Source: an uncultured Gemmatimonadota bacterium (GTDB lineage Bacteria > JAAXHH01). From it: a stretch of DNA of 64,000 nt. The translations under genes and the position numbers were made by a program. Positions within the stretch are counted from its first letter, which is position 1; the number at the start of each line of letters is the position of its first letter. The stretch is taken from the NCBI GenBank assembly GCA_951812955.1, contig OX638340.1:3328001-3392000 (forward strand), written 5' to 3'. This document shows positions 1-9,065 of this stretch, one piece after another. Under the pieces are notes generated by a model, which had not been told where the DNA came from, searched no databases, and was given only the letters and a program-made list of their open reading frames with translations.

Positions 1-692
1 CGACCACCTCGGGCGAGGAACTCATGGTGGACAACCCGGCCGACATGCCCGACGCATCGCTCATCGACAGCGTGGAGGAGCCGTTTATCCAGGCCCAGAT
101 CGTGGTACCGCAGGACTATATCGGCAACATCATGAAACTGACCCGTGACCGCCGGGGTGTATACAAGGCCATGGAATACCTCGACCCGACCCGGGTCGCC
201 CTGCAGTACGAACTGCCGCTGTCGGAGATCGTATTCGATTTCTACGACCGGCTGAAATCGATCAGTCGCGGGTATGCTTCCTTCGACTACGACTTCCTCG
301 AATACCGCGCCTCCCCGCTGGTCAGACTGAACCTGCTGCTCAACGGGGACCTGGTGGACGCCCTGTCGATCATCATCCACAAGGACAAGGCCTATGAATG
401 GGGCCGTGAGCTTTGCCAGCGGCTGCGCAAGATCATACCGCGGCAGATGTTCGAGGTCGCCGTCCAGGCCGCCATCGGAGGCAGGGTCATCGCTCGGGAG
501 TCGATCCGTCCCCTGCGCAAGAACGTCACGGCCAAGTGTTACGGCGGCGACGTCACCCGTAAGCGCAAACTGCTGGAGAGACAGAAGGAAGGCAAACGGC
601 GCATGAAGCAGGTCGGAAACGTCGAGCTGCCGCAGGAAGCCTTCCTGGCCGTGCTCGATATCCGGGGCGAAGGTGCGGCGGTAGGTGGCTGA
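1..692 (+). CDS. lepA: Elongation factor 4 (LepA), C-terminal portion; 5' end lies outside the window
   Basis: The reading frame is open to the window edge. The C-terminal sequence ...[39 protein letters not shown] is the conserved LepA tail. It is followed by lepB, matching the classical lepA-lepB operon. Confidence 0.9.
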   Translation, partial: TTSGEELMVDNPADMPDASLIDSVEEPFIQAQIVVPQDYIGNIMKLTRDRRGVYKAMEYLDPTRVALQYELPLSEIVFDFYDRLKSISRGYASFDYDFLEYRASPLVRLNLLLNGDLVDALSIIIHKDKAYEWGRELCQRLRKIIPRQMFEVAVQAAIGGRVIARESIRPLRKNVTAKCYGGDVTRKRKLLERQKEGKRRMKQVGNVELPQEAFLAVLDIRGEGAAVGG

Positions 693-747
693 CACCCGGT
701 ACCGCGCATCATTCAGGTTTAATCTTAACGCAAGAGGATAGGGAATC

Positions 748-1455
748 TTGGCGAAAGAAAAGTCCCTGCTTAGAGAGTACCTGGAAATTGTGCTGTTCAC
801 GGTGCTCCTCTTTCTCTTCATCAGGGCGGAGGTCGTCCAGGCCTTTCGAATCCCGTCGGAGTCCATGGAAGCCACCCTGCAGGTGGGAGATTTCCTGTTG
901 GTCAACAAGTTCATCTACGGACCCGGCGTTCCATTCACCGATTTACGCATGCCCGCCTGGCGCGATCCGGAACCCGGCGATATCCTGGTATTTCCCTATC
1001 CCCGCAACCCGGCGCAGATGTTCATCAAGCGGTGTATCGCCGTCGCCGGCCAGAAGGTCGAGATCCGGGACAAGCAGGTATACGTGGACGACGCGCTGGT
1101 GGAGAATCCGCCGCACGTCAAGTTCGATGACCCGTCGGTCAGGGCGGCGACCCGCAGCACGCGGGACAACTGGGGACCCAAGATCGTACCCGCGGGATCC
1201 CTGTTCGTCATGGGCGACAACCGGGACTACAGCTCGGACAGCCGGTACTGGGGTTTCGTGGAAATGAAGGACGTCGTCGGAAACGCCTTCATCATCTACT
1301 GGTCCTGGGAACGTCACCGGGAAGACCCCGAACTGGTCTGGCAGTCGTCCAGACCCCTGGAGAGCGTTGCCTCCATAGTCTACGTACTGGGTTACAACAT
1401 CGTGCATGTCCCCTGGCGCGTGCGCTGGAATCGCGTCGGAAGATTCGTCATGTAG
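748..1455 (+). CDS. lepB: Signal peptidase I
   Basis: N-terminal transmembrane helix, then the SESMEATL catalytic-Ser box, and GDNRDYSSDSRYWGF (box D/E). It lies immediately downstream of lepA. A TTG start is likely. Confidence 0.88.
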   Translation: MAKEKSLLREYLEIVLFTVLLFLFIRAEVVQAFRIPSESMEATLQVGDFLLVNKFIYGPGVPFTDLRMPAWRDPEPGDILVFPYPRNPAQMFIKRCIAVAGQKVEIRDKQVYVDDALVENPPHVKFDDPSVRAATRSTRDNWGPKIVPAGSLFVMGDNRDYSSDSRYWGFVEMKDVVGNAFIIYWSWERHREDPELVWQSSRPLESVASIVYVLGYNIVHVPWRVRWNRVGRFVM

Positions 1456-1472
1456 ATCGGGACTCAAACACT

Positions 1473-2606
1473 TTGGCCGGTCTTTACATCCACATCCCCT
1501 TCTGTACCCGCGCCTGTCCATATTGCGATTTTTCCTTCGAGCTGCTGAAAGACGGACGGGTGGACGGTTTGCTGGCGGCCGTGGAGAAAGAAGCCGGGCG
1601 CCGTGGCCGGGAAGCGCCCTGGTCCGACCACGTCATCAACACGATCTTCCTGGGCGGAGGCACCCCCACCTGCCTTACGGATCCTCAGTTGGAACGGGTC
1701 TTCGGGATGATCCACGATCGTTTTCGCATCGATCCCGACGCCGAAATCACCGTAGAAGCCAATCCCGAAACCATCAGAGTCTCCAAGCTGCAGCGGCTTC
1801 GAGGTCTGGGTGTCAACAGGATCAGCATCGGCGTCCAGTCCTTCTCCGATGAAATCCTGCGACGTCTCGGACGAAGTCACACGGCGGACCAGGCCGCCCG
1901 CGCGATCGCCCATGCCCGTGAAACCGGTTTTGATCATATCAACATCGATCTCATGTTCGGCGCGCCTGGACAAATGCCGTCGGAATGGGCGGAAACGCTG
2001 GATCACGCGGTGGACCACGATCCGGATCACGTGTCGATCTACGGGTTGACGATAGAGCCGGGAACGGAATTCGCCCGGCTGGAGGAAGAGGGCCTGCTCG
2101 ACCTGCCGGACGATGACCGGCACGTCGGTTGTTATTTCCAGGCCCTGGACCGGCTGACCGGTGCGGGTTACCGGCATTACGAAGTTTCCAACCTGTCTAA
2201 ACCCGGCGCCGAATGCAGGCATAACGTATCTTGCTGGAACGGCGGCGACTACCTGGGACTGGGTCCGTCGGCCCATACACACTCGGGTGGAAGGAGAACG
2301 GCCAACACCCGCGACCTCGCCGGATACCTGACGGCCATGGAGGAACGGGGGGAGGCCGTTGACATGGATGAAACGCTCTCGGTGGATGAGCGTATACACG
2401 AGTATATCCTGCTGAGCCTGCGCTCCATCGAGGGCATGGACACCCTGGCCTTCCGCGACCGCTATGGCGACGATGCCATGGGGAGGCGGGAACCGGCGAT
2501 TCGAACGCTCGCCGCCGAGGGGTTGCTGTCGGAGCGCGGATCGCGGCTGTGCCTGACTCGAAAAGGGCTGGCCCTGGCGGACAGCGTCTGCGCATATCTC
2601 ATGTAG
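1473..2606 (+). CDS. hemW: Radical SAM heme chaperone HemW (HemN-like, oxygen-independent coproporphyrinogen III oxidase family)
   Basis: The YIHIPFCTRACPYCDF motif gives the CxxxCxxC radical SAM cluster. About 377 aa with a HemN C-terminal-like domain. Conserved position after lepAB. Confidence 0.85.
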   Translation: MAGLYIHIPFCTRACPYCDFSFELLKDGRVDGLLAAVEKEAGRRGREAPWSDHVINTIFLGGGTPTCLTDPQLERVFGMIHDRFRIDPDAEITVEANPETIRVSKLQRLRGLGVNRISIGVQSFSDEILRRLGRSHTADQAARAIAHARETGFDHINIDLMFGAPGQMPSEWAETLDHAVDHDPDHVSIYGLTIEPGTEFARLEEEGLLDLPDDDRHVGCYFQALDRLTGAGYRHYEVSNLSKPGAECRHNVSCWNGGDYLGLGPSAHTHSGGRRTANTRDLAGYLTAMEERGEAVDMDETLSVDERIHEYILLSLRSIEGMDTLAFRDRYGDDAMGRREPAIRTLAAEGLLSERGSRLCLTRKGLALADSVCAYLM

Positions 2607-2648
2607 CGTGATGGCAAGATCGAAATGGAGACAGAAAGTGAAGACGCC

Positions 2649-3737
2649 ATGAAGAAGATCAGGGTAGGGATACTGTGCGGAGGCAGGTCTGCGGAACACC
2701 AGGTCTCGCTCCAGTCGGCACGCAACATCGTGGACGCTATCGACCGGAATCGCTACGAGGTAGTCCTGATCGGAATCGACCGCGCCGGTCAGTGGCACCT
2801 GGGCGATACGGCGGAATTCCTCCTCAACGCCCACGATCCGAAACTGATCGCCTTGAATCGCCTGAGCGAGACCGTGGCCCTGGCTCCGGGCGCGGACAGC
2901 GATCAGGTGACGACGAGGACGTCCAATCGTCCTGCCGGAAACATCGACGTCATATTCCCCGTTCTCCATGGACCGTTCGGCGAGGACGGCACGGTACAGG
3001 GACTGCTCAAACTGGCCAATCTGCCCTTTGTCGGATCGGGCGTCCTGGGTTCGGCGGTAGCCATGGACAAGGACGTGATGAAGCGTCTGCTTCGCGATGC
3101 CGGCATCGCCACACCCCGTTTTCTGACCTTTACGTTATCCGGCAGGGACCGGATCGATTTCGAAGCCGTGCGAGACCGGCTGGGCATCCCGTGTTTCATA
3201 AAACCCGCCAACCTGGGTTCATCCGTCGGCATCACCAAGGCGCACGATGCCGGAGAATTCGAAGCAGGCGTCCGGGAAGCCTTTCGGTACGACCGGAAAA
3301 TCCTGGTAGAGGAGTATGTGCGCGGCCGCGAGATCGAATGCGCGGTGCTGGGGAATGACCATCCCGAAGCTTCCGGCCTGGGTGAAGTCCGGTCCAACCA
3401 CGCATTCTATTCCTACGAGGCGAAGTACATCGACGAGCACGGCGCCGAGCTCGTTATACCTGCCGCGCTGCCGCCAGAACTGACGGAGAAAATCCGCGCG
3501 ACCGCCGTGGAAGCCCACCAGGTCGTGGCCTGCGAGGGCATGTCCCGGGTCGATTTCTTCCTGAGGGAAGACGGCGAGATCCTGGTCAACGAGCTCAACA
3601 CGATACCGGGTTTTACCCGGATCAGCATGTTCCCCAAGCTCTGGGAGGTCGCCGGGATCTCATACGGCGACCTGGTCGACCGGTTGATTCAGCTCGCGTT
3701 GGAACGGTTCGATGAAGAGAAATCGCTTGAAACATGA
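2649..3737 (+). CDS. ddl: D-alanine--D-alanine ligase
   Basis: MKKIRVGILCGGRSAEHQVSLQSA N-terminus and ATP-grasp motifs (ELNTIPGFT, MSRVDFF). The ORF-track start at 2625 is probably an upstream extension; the ATG at 2649 fits ddl N-termini. Confidence 0.9.
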   Translation: MKKIRVGILCGGRSAEHQVSLQSARNIVDAIDRNRYEVVLIGIDRAGQWHLGDTAEFLLNAHDPKLIALNRLSETVALAPGADSDQVTTRTSNRPAGNIDVIFPVLHGPFGEDGTVQGLLKLANLPFVGSGVLGSAVAMDKDVMKRLLRDAGIATPRFLTFTLSGRDRIDFEAVRDRLGIPCFIKPANLGSSVGITKAHDAGEFEAGVREAFRYDRKILVEEYVRGREIECAVLGNDHPEASGLGEVRSNHAFYSYEAKYIDEHGAELVIPAALPPELTEKIRATAVEAHQVVACEGMSRVDFFLREDGEILVNELNTIPGFTRISMFPKLWEVAGISYGDLVDRLIQLALERFDEEKSLET

Positions 3738-3850
3738 CCGGAGCAGGTGACGGCATGACTGGAGCAGGTGGCGGTCTGACCGAAGCAGGTGGCGGTTTGA
3801 CCGGGAGCGCGGGTTACGGAGCAGGTGACGTCCTGACCGGAAGCGAAGGG
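3734..3850. repeat. Imperfect ~21-bp tandem direct repeat array (about 5 units, TGACCGGAGCAGGTGRCGG-like), beginning at the ddl stop codon
   Basis: Read directly from the sequence: tgaccggagcaggtgacggca / tgactggagcaggtggcggtc / tgaccgaagcaggtggcggtt / tgaccgggagcgcgggttacggagcaggtgacgtcc / tgaccggaagcgaaggg. Confidence 0.7.
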
Positions 3851-3873
3851 TCGCGGGCCGGACCCTATTTCGC

Positions 3874-3903
3874 TTGACAGGACGCGGTGCGTCTGGTTAG
3901 AAT
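3874..3903 (+). promoter_or_regulatory. sigma70-type promoter for tRNA-Gly (TTGACA - 18 bp - TAGAAT)
   Basis: TTGACA at 3874-3879 and TAGAAT at 3898-3903, about 37 bp upstream of the tRNA 5' end. Confidence 0.55.
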
Positions 3904-3939
3904 CAGACGGGCAGTGGCCATTATAGACCGAGCCCACCC

Positions 3940-4012
3940 GCGGGAATAGCTCAGTTGGTAGAGCATCAGCTTCCCAAGCTGAGGGTCGCGGGTTCGAGCC
4001 CCGTTTCCCGCC
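3940..4012 (+). tRNA. tRNA-Gly (anticodon CCC)
   Basis: Cloverleaf readable by eye. Acceptor GCGGGAA pairs with TTCCCGC. D-arm AGCTCAGTTGGTAGAGC, anticodon loop TTCCCAA (CCC), T-arm GGTTCGAGCCC. 73 nt; no encoded CCA. Confidence 0.9.
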
Positions 4013-4052
4013 TGTCCGCCCTGTGGTCCGTCCATTCGCAGGGCCTTTTCAT

Positions 4053-4682
4053 ATGAGGGAGGTACCCGTGCGCCGATCGGCGGTCTGTCTGGGTCTGGTC
4101 ATCGCGGCACTGGTGTTCGCCCGATGCGGGGTGAGCACCATGCAGTATTCCGATTCGCTCGATACGCCCGAGGCCGAGTATGCGAAGGCGCTGAGTCTGT
4201 TGGAATCCGGCGCCCTTGACGAGGCGGAAGCGGCTTTGCGCAGGACGATGCAGCTCGATGACGGCTTCGCGCCGGCCTACGTGGGGATGAGCCGCCTGTT
4301 CTTCGAACGGGGCGACGTGAAGGAGGCCATCCGGTACGTGCACATGGCCAGGGTTCGGGACGTCGATTACGTGCCCTGCTGGCTGATGGCCGCCCGCCTG
4401 TACGATGCCGCCGGCCGGTACGAAGCGGCGGTGGTCGAATACCGGGAAGCGATTTCCAGGGACCGGAACCGGCTATGGGCGGTCGAGAGCTATTTCGATC
4501 TGGGCCGAACCCTGGAGAAGCTGGATAGACTGGAAGAAGCCCACGACGCCTACATGGAGACGATCGCCCTCGACCCCCTTCATCTGGAAGCCCGGTCCTC
4601 GGTCACGCGAATCTGGAAGACGCTCGGTCCCGAATTCCTGATGCGGCTGCGATACGAGAACCGGGATATCATTCTGCCTTGA
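4053..4682 (+). CDS. TPR-repeat protein, probable lipoprotein (start ambiguous; GTG at 4068 after the AGGGAGG RBS is an alternative)
   Basis: Signal-peptide-like RRSAVCLGLVIAALVFARCG, then TPR-like repeats (AEYAKALSLLESGALDEAEAALRRTMQLD...). GC3-rich codon usage. Confidence 0.6.
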   Translation: MREVPVRRSAVCLGLVIAALVFARCGVSTMQYSDSLDTPEAEYAKALSLLESGALDEAEAALRRTMQLDDGFAPAYVGMSRLFFERGDVKEAIRYVHMARVRDVDYVPCWLMAARLYDAAGRYEAAVVEYREAISRDRNRLWAVESYFDLGRTLEKLDRLEEAHDAYMETIALDPLHLEARSSVTRIWKTLGPEFLMRLRYENRDIILP

Positions 4683-4686
4683 CGGG

Positions 4687-5502
4687 TCAGTATAATTCCC
4701 CAATCATGCCCTGGATGAACTTCACCGACCACGTCAGGGCCTCGCGTCTCTCCGTTTCGTCGTCCCCCGTGATACCGCATTCATAGGCCAGGTACCCGTC
4801 GAAACCGATGTCCTTGAGGGCCGAAAGCCCCGCCCTCCAGTCGATGTCCCCCGAACCCGGCTCCTGGCGCGTATTGTCGGCCATGTGAACGTGGCCCACG
4901 TACCGCCGTCCCGCTCTTCGCAGCGTGGCGGGCGTGTCCGTCTCCTCGATGTGCATGTGGAAGAAGTCGCACAGCAGGCTGGCCGACGGCGGATCGCCGG
5001 CCCGCTTGATGATCTCGATACCCCGCTCCTGCTGCCTGAGCAGGTGCTCCTCATAGCGGTTCAACGGTTCCAGCAGCACTTTCGTGTTCTGCTCCTCGGC
5101 GCATTCCGCCAGATCCCGGACGATCTCCGTCAATAGCTGCATTTCCAGGGTGATGGCGTCGGCCAGCGGCGTGAGGTCCGGGAGTCGAGGCGGTCCGAAT
5201 ATGGGCGGCAGGATCAGGCCCACGGCGCCGAAATGCCCGCACACCCGCAGATTTTCCTTCGCCTCGGCGATGCTGTGGTTCCGCTTGTCGATGTCTGGAT
5301 CCAGGAAGTCGAAAGTGCCCTGGCCGCACAGCGAGACCAGCCGTATGCCGCGATTGCGGAGCGCGGACTCGAGTTCATCGATCCGCCGGGCCGGACCTCG
5401 TCCGGAGATCTCGAGGCCCTCGACGTTCAGGGACTCGGCGAAATCGAGTTTTTCGTCCAGCGTGCCGCCCGGTAGCAGGCCTTCCTGCAGCGCGATTTTC
5501 AT
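4687..5502 (-). CDS. Sugar phosphate isomerase/epimerase (xylose isomerase-like TIM barrel) family protein
   Basis: MKIALQEG start preceded by a GGAGA RBS. The HVHMAD and FDGYLAYE motifs are typical of AP-endonuclease 2 / xylose-isomerase-like TIM barrels. The ORF-track N-terminal extension to 5619 was rejected. Confidence 0.7.
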   Translation of the reverse strand: MKIALQEGLLPGGTLDEKLDFAESLNVEGLEISGRGPARRIDELESALRNRGIRLVSLCGQGTFDFLDPDIDKRNHSIAEAKENLRVCGHFGAVGLILPPIFGPPRLPDLTPLADAITLEMQLLTEIVRDLAECAEEQNTKVLLEPLNRYEEHLLRQQERGIEIIKRAGDPPSASLLCDFFHMHIEETDTPATLRRAGRRYVGHVHMADNTRQEPGSGDIDWRAGLSALKDIGFDGYLAYECGITGDDETERREALTWSVKFIQGMIGELY

Positions 5503-5521
5503 TTCGTCTCCTTGGTATGGA

Positions 5522-6202
5522 TCAGACAGCGTCGGCAATCCGTTTCGAAGTCGCCCAGACCGTCGATGAATCGGGCACATCCGCGTTTCGGTAGGTGGGG
5601 ATGAAGGACCAGCGTTCACGGCCGGACCGGTTCGGATGGGAACTGTGCAGCAGCCTGTCGTGAAATACCAACGCGTCCCCGCGTTGCATTACCACGTCCA
5701 TCATCTGTTCGTCCCCCAGATCATCGTCCGAGATGCGGTTATTGAATCCCCGGGCGTCCCGCACGGACGCATGGTCCCACTTCCGGAGGTGGGAGCCGGG
5801 AATGACTCGCAGGCACCCGTTCTCCGGCGTTGCGTCTTCGAGCGCGATCCACGCGGACATCTTGGTCGCGCCGCCCCAGTAGGCCTCGTCCTGGTGCCAG
5901 GGCGAGGCAAAGTGGACCCTGGGAGACTTGTAAACGGGCTTTGCACTGAGGAACTCGATGCGGGAACCGATCAGCGGCCGGAGGATGTCCGCCATCCGGG
6001 GATCGCAGGAAATCGATTCGAAAAGGGGCGGGATAGTGTCGCACATCCAGACATGTACGCCCGACGACCCCGATGTGTTTTCGACCAGCTCTTTTGCCGC
6101 GGCCTTGCAGGCCATCATTTCTTCCGCAGTGAAAACGGCTTCGGCCATGAGGAAGCCGTTCTTTGCAAAAGATGATCGGGCTTTGTCCGTTACTTTCTGC
6201 AT
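5522..6202 (-). CDS. Phytanoyl-CoA dioxygenase (PhyH) family Fe(II)/2-oxoglutarate oxygenase
   Basis: PhyH-like motifs (WHQDEAYW with an HxD pattern, distal His in LHSSHPN). Start chosen at MQKV, which has a GGGAGA RBS. Confidence 0.65.
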   Translation of the reverse strand: MQKVTDKARSSFAKNGFLMAEAVFTAEEMMACKAAAKELVENTSGSSGVHVWMCDTIPPLFESISCDPRMADILRPLIGSRIEFLSAKPVYKSPRVHFASPWHQDEAYWGGATKMSAWIALEDATPENGCLRVIPGSHLRKWDHASVRDARGFNNRISDDDLGDEQMMDVVMQRGDALVFHDRLLHSSHPNRSGRERWSFIPTYRNADVPDSSTVWATSKRIADAV

Positions 6203-6218
6203 TTCAGTCTCCCAGGAT

Positions 6219-7934
6219 CTAGTGCGAGTCTCTCGCCACCGGGGCGCCACTTCCGCCGACCAGGAAATCGAAGTCCACGCCCCGGTCGGCCTGGAGCACG
6301 TGGTCCACGTATAATCGGCAGTACCCCCGGTCCGTTGCCGGTTCGGGCGGTGACCAGCGGGTCCTCCTCCGGGTCAGTTCATTCTCGGGCACATCGAGCT
6401 CAAGACGACGTTCGCCCACGTCAAGCTCGATGATGTCGTCGTCCTGCACGAGGGCCAGCGTGCCGCCCGCCGCGGCTTCAGGCGCCGTGTGGAGCACGAC
6501 CGTGCCGAAGGCCGTGCCGCTCATGCGCGCGTCGGAGATGCGGACCATGTCCGTGACGCCCTGTTGAAGCAGTTTCGACGGCAGGGGCATGTTTCCCACC
6601 TCGGCCATGCCGGGATAGCCCTTCGGTCCGCAATTTTTGAGCACCAGGACGCTGCCGGCCTCCACGTCCAGATCCGGGTCGTCGATGCGGTCGTGAAGGT
6701 CTTCAATGTTCTCGAAAACCACGGCGCGGCCGCGGTGCTTCATCAGCTCGGGCGACGCTGCCGAGGGTTTGATGATGGCGCCGTCGGGACACAGGTTGCC
6801 TTTCAGCACGGCGAGTCCGCCGGTCGGGGTCAACGGCGTGGACAGCGTCCGGATCACGTCCCTGTCGTGGCAGGGCGCGTCGGCCGTGTTTTCGCCGATG
6901 GTCTTGCCGTTCACGGTCAGGGCGTCGCGATGGATCACACTGCCCAGTTCCCGGATCACGGCAGGCAACCCGCCCGCGTAGTAGAAATCCTCCATCAGGT
7001 ACCGACCCGACGGCATCAGGTTCACAATACACGGGATGTCGCAACCCAGGCGGTCCCAGTCCTGCAGGGAAAGATCGACACCGAGCCTGCCGGCGATGGC
7101 CAGCAGGTGCACGACCGAGTTGGTGGAGCCCCCGATGGCGCCGACTACCCGTATGGCGTTTTCGAGGGCCTTGCGCGTGACGATATGGGACATGCGCAGG
7201 TCCTCCCGGACCATCTCCACCACCCGCCGGCCCGCCTCGTGAGCCAGCTTCATCCGCCGTGCATCGGCCGCGGGAATAGCGGCGTTGCCGGGCATGCCCA
7301 GGCCCAGCGCTTCCACGACGCTGGCCATGGTGGAGGCCGTACCCATGGTCATACAGTGACCCGTGGACCGGTTCATGCACGATTCCGCTTCGAGGAAATC
7401 CTCCTCGCTCATCGTGCCGGCGCGCACCTCGTCGCTGAACTTGTAGACGTCCGTCCCGGACCCGATATCCCTGCCCCTGAACCGTCCGTTTAGCATGGGG
7501 CCGCCCGAGATCGCCAGGGTAGGCAGATCGCAGCTCGCAGCGCCCATGAGCAGGGCCGGGGTCGTCTTGTCGCAACCGACGAGCAATATGACTCCGTCGA
7601 GGGGATTGGCCCGGATGGTCTCCTCCACATCCATGCTGACCAGGTTCCGGAAGAGCATGGTGGTGGGCCGCATCAGGGGCTCGCCCAGGGACATGACGGG
7701 AAACTCGACCGGGAATCCCCCCGCTTCGTAAACCCCGCGGCGAACCCGCTCCGCGATGATCCGGAAATGGGCGTTGCACGGCGTCAGATCCGACCAGGTG
7801 TTGCAGATGCCGATGACTGGCCGGCCGTCGAAGACGTGATCCGGATGCCCCTGGTTCTTCATCCAGCTTCGGTGAATGAATCCCACTTTGTCTTTGGGAC
7901 CGAACCAGCGGGTGCTGCGAAGGGGTGATGACAT
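6219..7934 (-). CDS. IlvD/EDD family dehydratase (dihydroxy-acid or sugar-acid dehydratase)
   Basis: 571 aa. Includes CDKTTPA (Fe-S cysteine region), MGTASTMA and the GGSTNSVVHLLAIA motif diagnostic of the IlvD/EDD family. Its neighbours point to a sugar-acid dehydratase role rather than ilvD. Confidence 0.8.
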   Translation of the reverse strand: MSSPLRSTRWFGPKDKVGFIHRSWMKNQGHPDHVFDGRPVIGICNTWSDLTPCNAHFRIIAERVRRGVYEAGGFPVEFPVMSLGEPLMRPTTMLFRNLVSMDVEETIRANPLDGVILLVGCDKTTPALLMGAASCDLPTLAISGGPMLNGRFRGRDIGSGTDVYKFSDEVRAGTMSEEDFLEAESCMNRSTGHCMTMGTASTMASVVEALGLGMPGNAAIPAADARRMKLAHEAGRRVVEMVREDLRMSHIVTRKALENAIRVVGAIGGSTNSVVHLLAIAGRLGVDLSLQDWDRLGCDIPCIVNLMPSGRYLMEDFYYAGGLPAVIRELGSVIHRDALTVNGKTIGENTADAPCHDRDVIRTLSTPLTPTGGLAVLKGNLCPDGAIIKPSAASPELMKHRGRAVVFENIEDLHDRIDDPDLDVEAGSVLVLKNCGPKGYPGMAEVGNMPLPSKLLQQGVTDMVRISDARMSGTAFGTVVLHTAPEAAAGGTLALVQDDDIIELDVGERRLELDVPENELTRRRTRWSPPEPATDRGYCRLYVDHVLQADRGVDFDFLVGGSGAPVARDSH

Positions 7935-7998
7935 GTAGGCTCCTGACTTGATTCGAAAACGGCACGGCCGCGGCCTGAGACTTATCGCGACTTACGGC

Positions 7999-8640
7999 CT
8001 ACCCGGTCCGCCTGGACGCCGCCCAGGCCGCGCGAAGCGTGGAGGGAGATAGGACGAACCTGGCAGCGGGCAGAAACAGGGAAAAGGGGATTATACGGAT
8101 CTCGCCCCGTCCATCCAACTCGAATACGGCCTCGTTAAATTCGGGTTCGACTTGAAACCTCACGCGTTTCGAACCATGAAGGAACCCCACGAACGCGCAA
8201 ATGCTTCCCCAGAGGCGGCCGGTGTCACAGGGATCGTCCAGTCCGATGCGGCCCGCGACGTGCAGAGATACGATACGCACGCATCCTGTCAGGCCACGCA
8301 GCAACTTCAGCACGCCCCGCACGAATCCCCGGCTTTTCAGCAACCGGGTGAAGCGTTTCGCCGTGGAACGCGGTGCCTTAGGGGACGCTTTGCGGGGCGC
8401 CTCCTCCGTTTCGGTCCGTGGACTGTCCGGACGCCTTCGCTTCTTCCGGTCATCGCGGCGCCCGGTGACTGAAGGGGTAAAACGCAGCAGTCCGTACAAC
8501 CACCCGATGGTGATCGTGGCCGAGCATGATTCCCTTCGAACGATCGAGAAGGAAATCGTCACGGGGATGAGGAGAATAAACAGGACCGCGAGCAGTACCG
8601 CGGCGGGTACAAGTAAAACCGGTTCGAAGATCGGGGCCAC
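7999..8640 (-). CDS. DUF2953-like membrane protein (YtfI-like)
   Basis: N-terminal hydrophobic helix and basic linker. Lies directly downstream (4-bp gap) of a GerW/YtfJ-like gene, the architecture seen in the Bacillus ytfI-ytfJ pair. Assignment from memory of the family, not a search. Confidence 0.45.
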   Translation of the reverse strand: MAPIFEPVLLVPAAVLLAVLFILLIPVTISFSIVRRESCSATITIGWLYGLLRFTPSVTGRRDDRKKRRRPDSPRTETEEAPRKASPKAPRSTAKRFTRLLKSRGFVRGVLKLLRGLTGCVRIVSLHVAGRIGLDDPCDTGRLWGSICAFVGFLHGSKRVRFQVEPEFNEAVFELDGRGEIRIIPFSLFLPAARFVLSPSTLRAAWAASRRTG

Positions 8641-8643
8641 GGC

Positions 8644-9000
8644 TCAGCTTTCTTTTTCCGGCCTGGATTTCCTCCACCGGTCCAGCGCCGACTTCACGAG
8701 ATCCACCACCGTGTGCGTGGCCGAGGAGAACCCGGACTGGCCCGACATGCGCTCCAGCCGGACTTCGCCGTCCCTGACCACCAGCACGGCGACCGGTTGC
8801 ACGCCTCCGCCGCCGCCGGTGCCGCCGCGTTCCCCATCTTTTCCCGATGTGCCACCCCCGCCGAAGCCGAATCCGAGTTTGACCAGGGGGATGACCGTCG
8901 TCTTCCCGACTTCGACGGGATCGCCTACGACGGACTGTGCCTTCGCCACTTCCCTGAGTTCGCCCAGCGTGGTCTTGACAAGATTCTCCAGATCAGCCAT
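8644..9000 (-). CDS. GerW/YtfJ family protein
   Basis: About 118 aa with a conserved Gly-rich loop (LVKLGFGFGGGGTSG...GGTGGGGGV) flanked by beta-strand-like segments, as in GerW/YtfJ. Confidence 0.5.
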   Translation of the reverse strand: MADLENLVKTTLGELREVAKAQSVVGDPVEVGKTTVIPLVKLGFGFGGGGTSGKDGERGGTGGGGGVQPVAVLVVRDGEVRLERMSGQSGFSSATHTVVDLVKSALDRWRKSRPEKES

Positions 9001-9065
9001 GCAAATTCTCCATTTTGGTTATCGGACCGTAATTCCGGTTGCCGAACGAGTTACGAAATACCCGG

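Noticed and set aside
1464-2969. 501-aa antisense ORF across hemW and the start of ddl
   Set aside because: Spurious GC-driven open frame with no motifs; it conflicts with two strongly supported genes.
3689-3937. 82-aa minus-strand ORF over the 21-bp repeat array and tRNA promoter
   Set aside because: It is created by the repeats and overlaps the promoter and 5' flank of tRNA-Gly. Not credible as a gene.
6703-7965. 420-aa ORF in an alternative minus-strand frame over the IlvD/EDD dehydratase gene
   Set aside because: Arg/Pro/Gly-rich nonsense translation. The dehydratase frame carries all family motifs.
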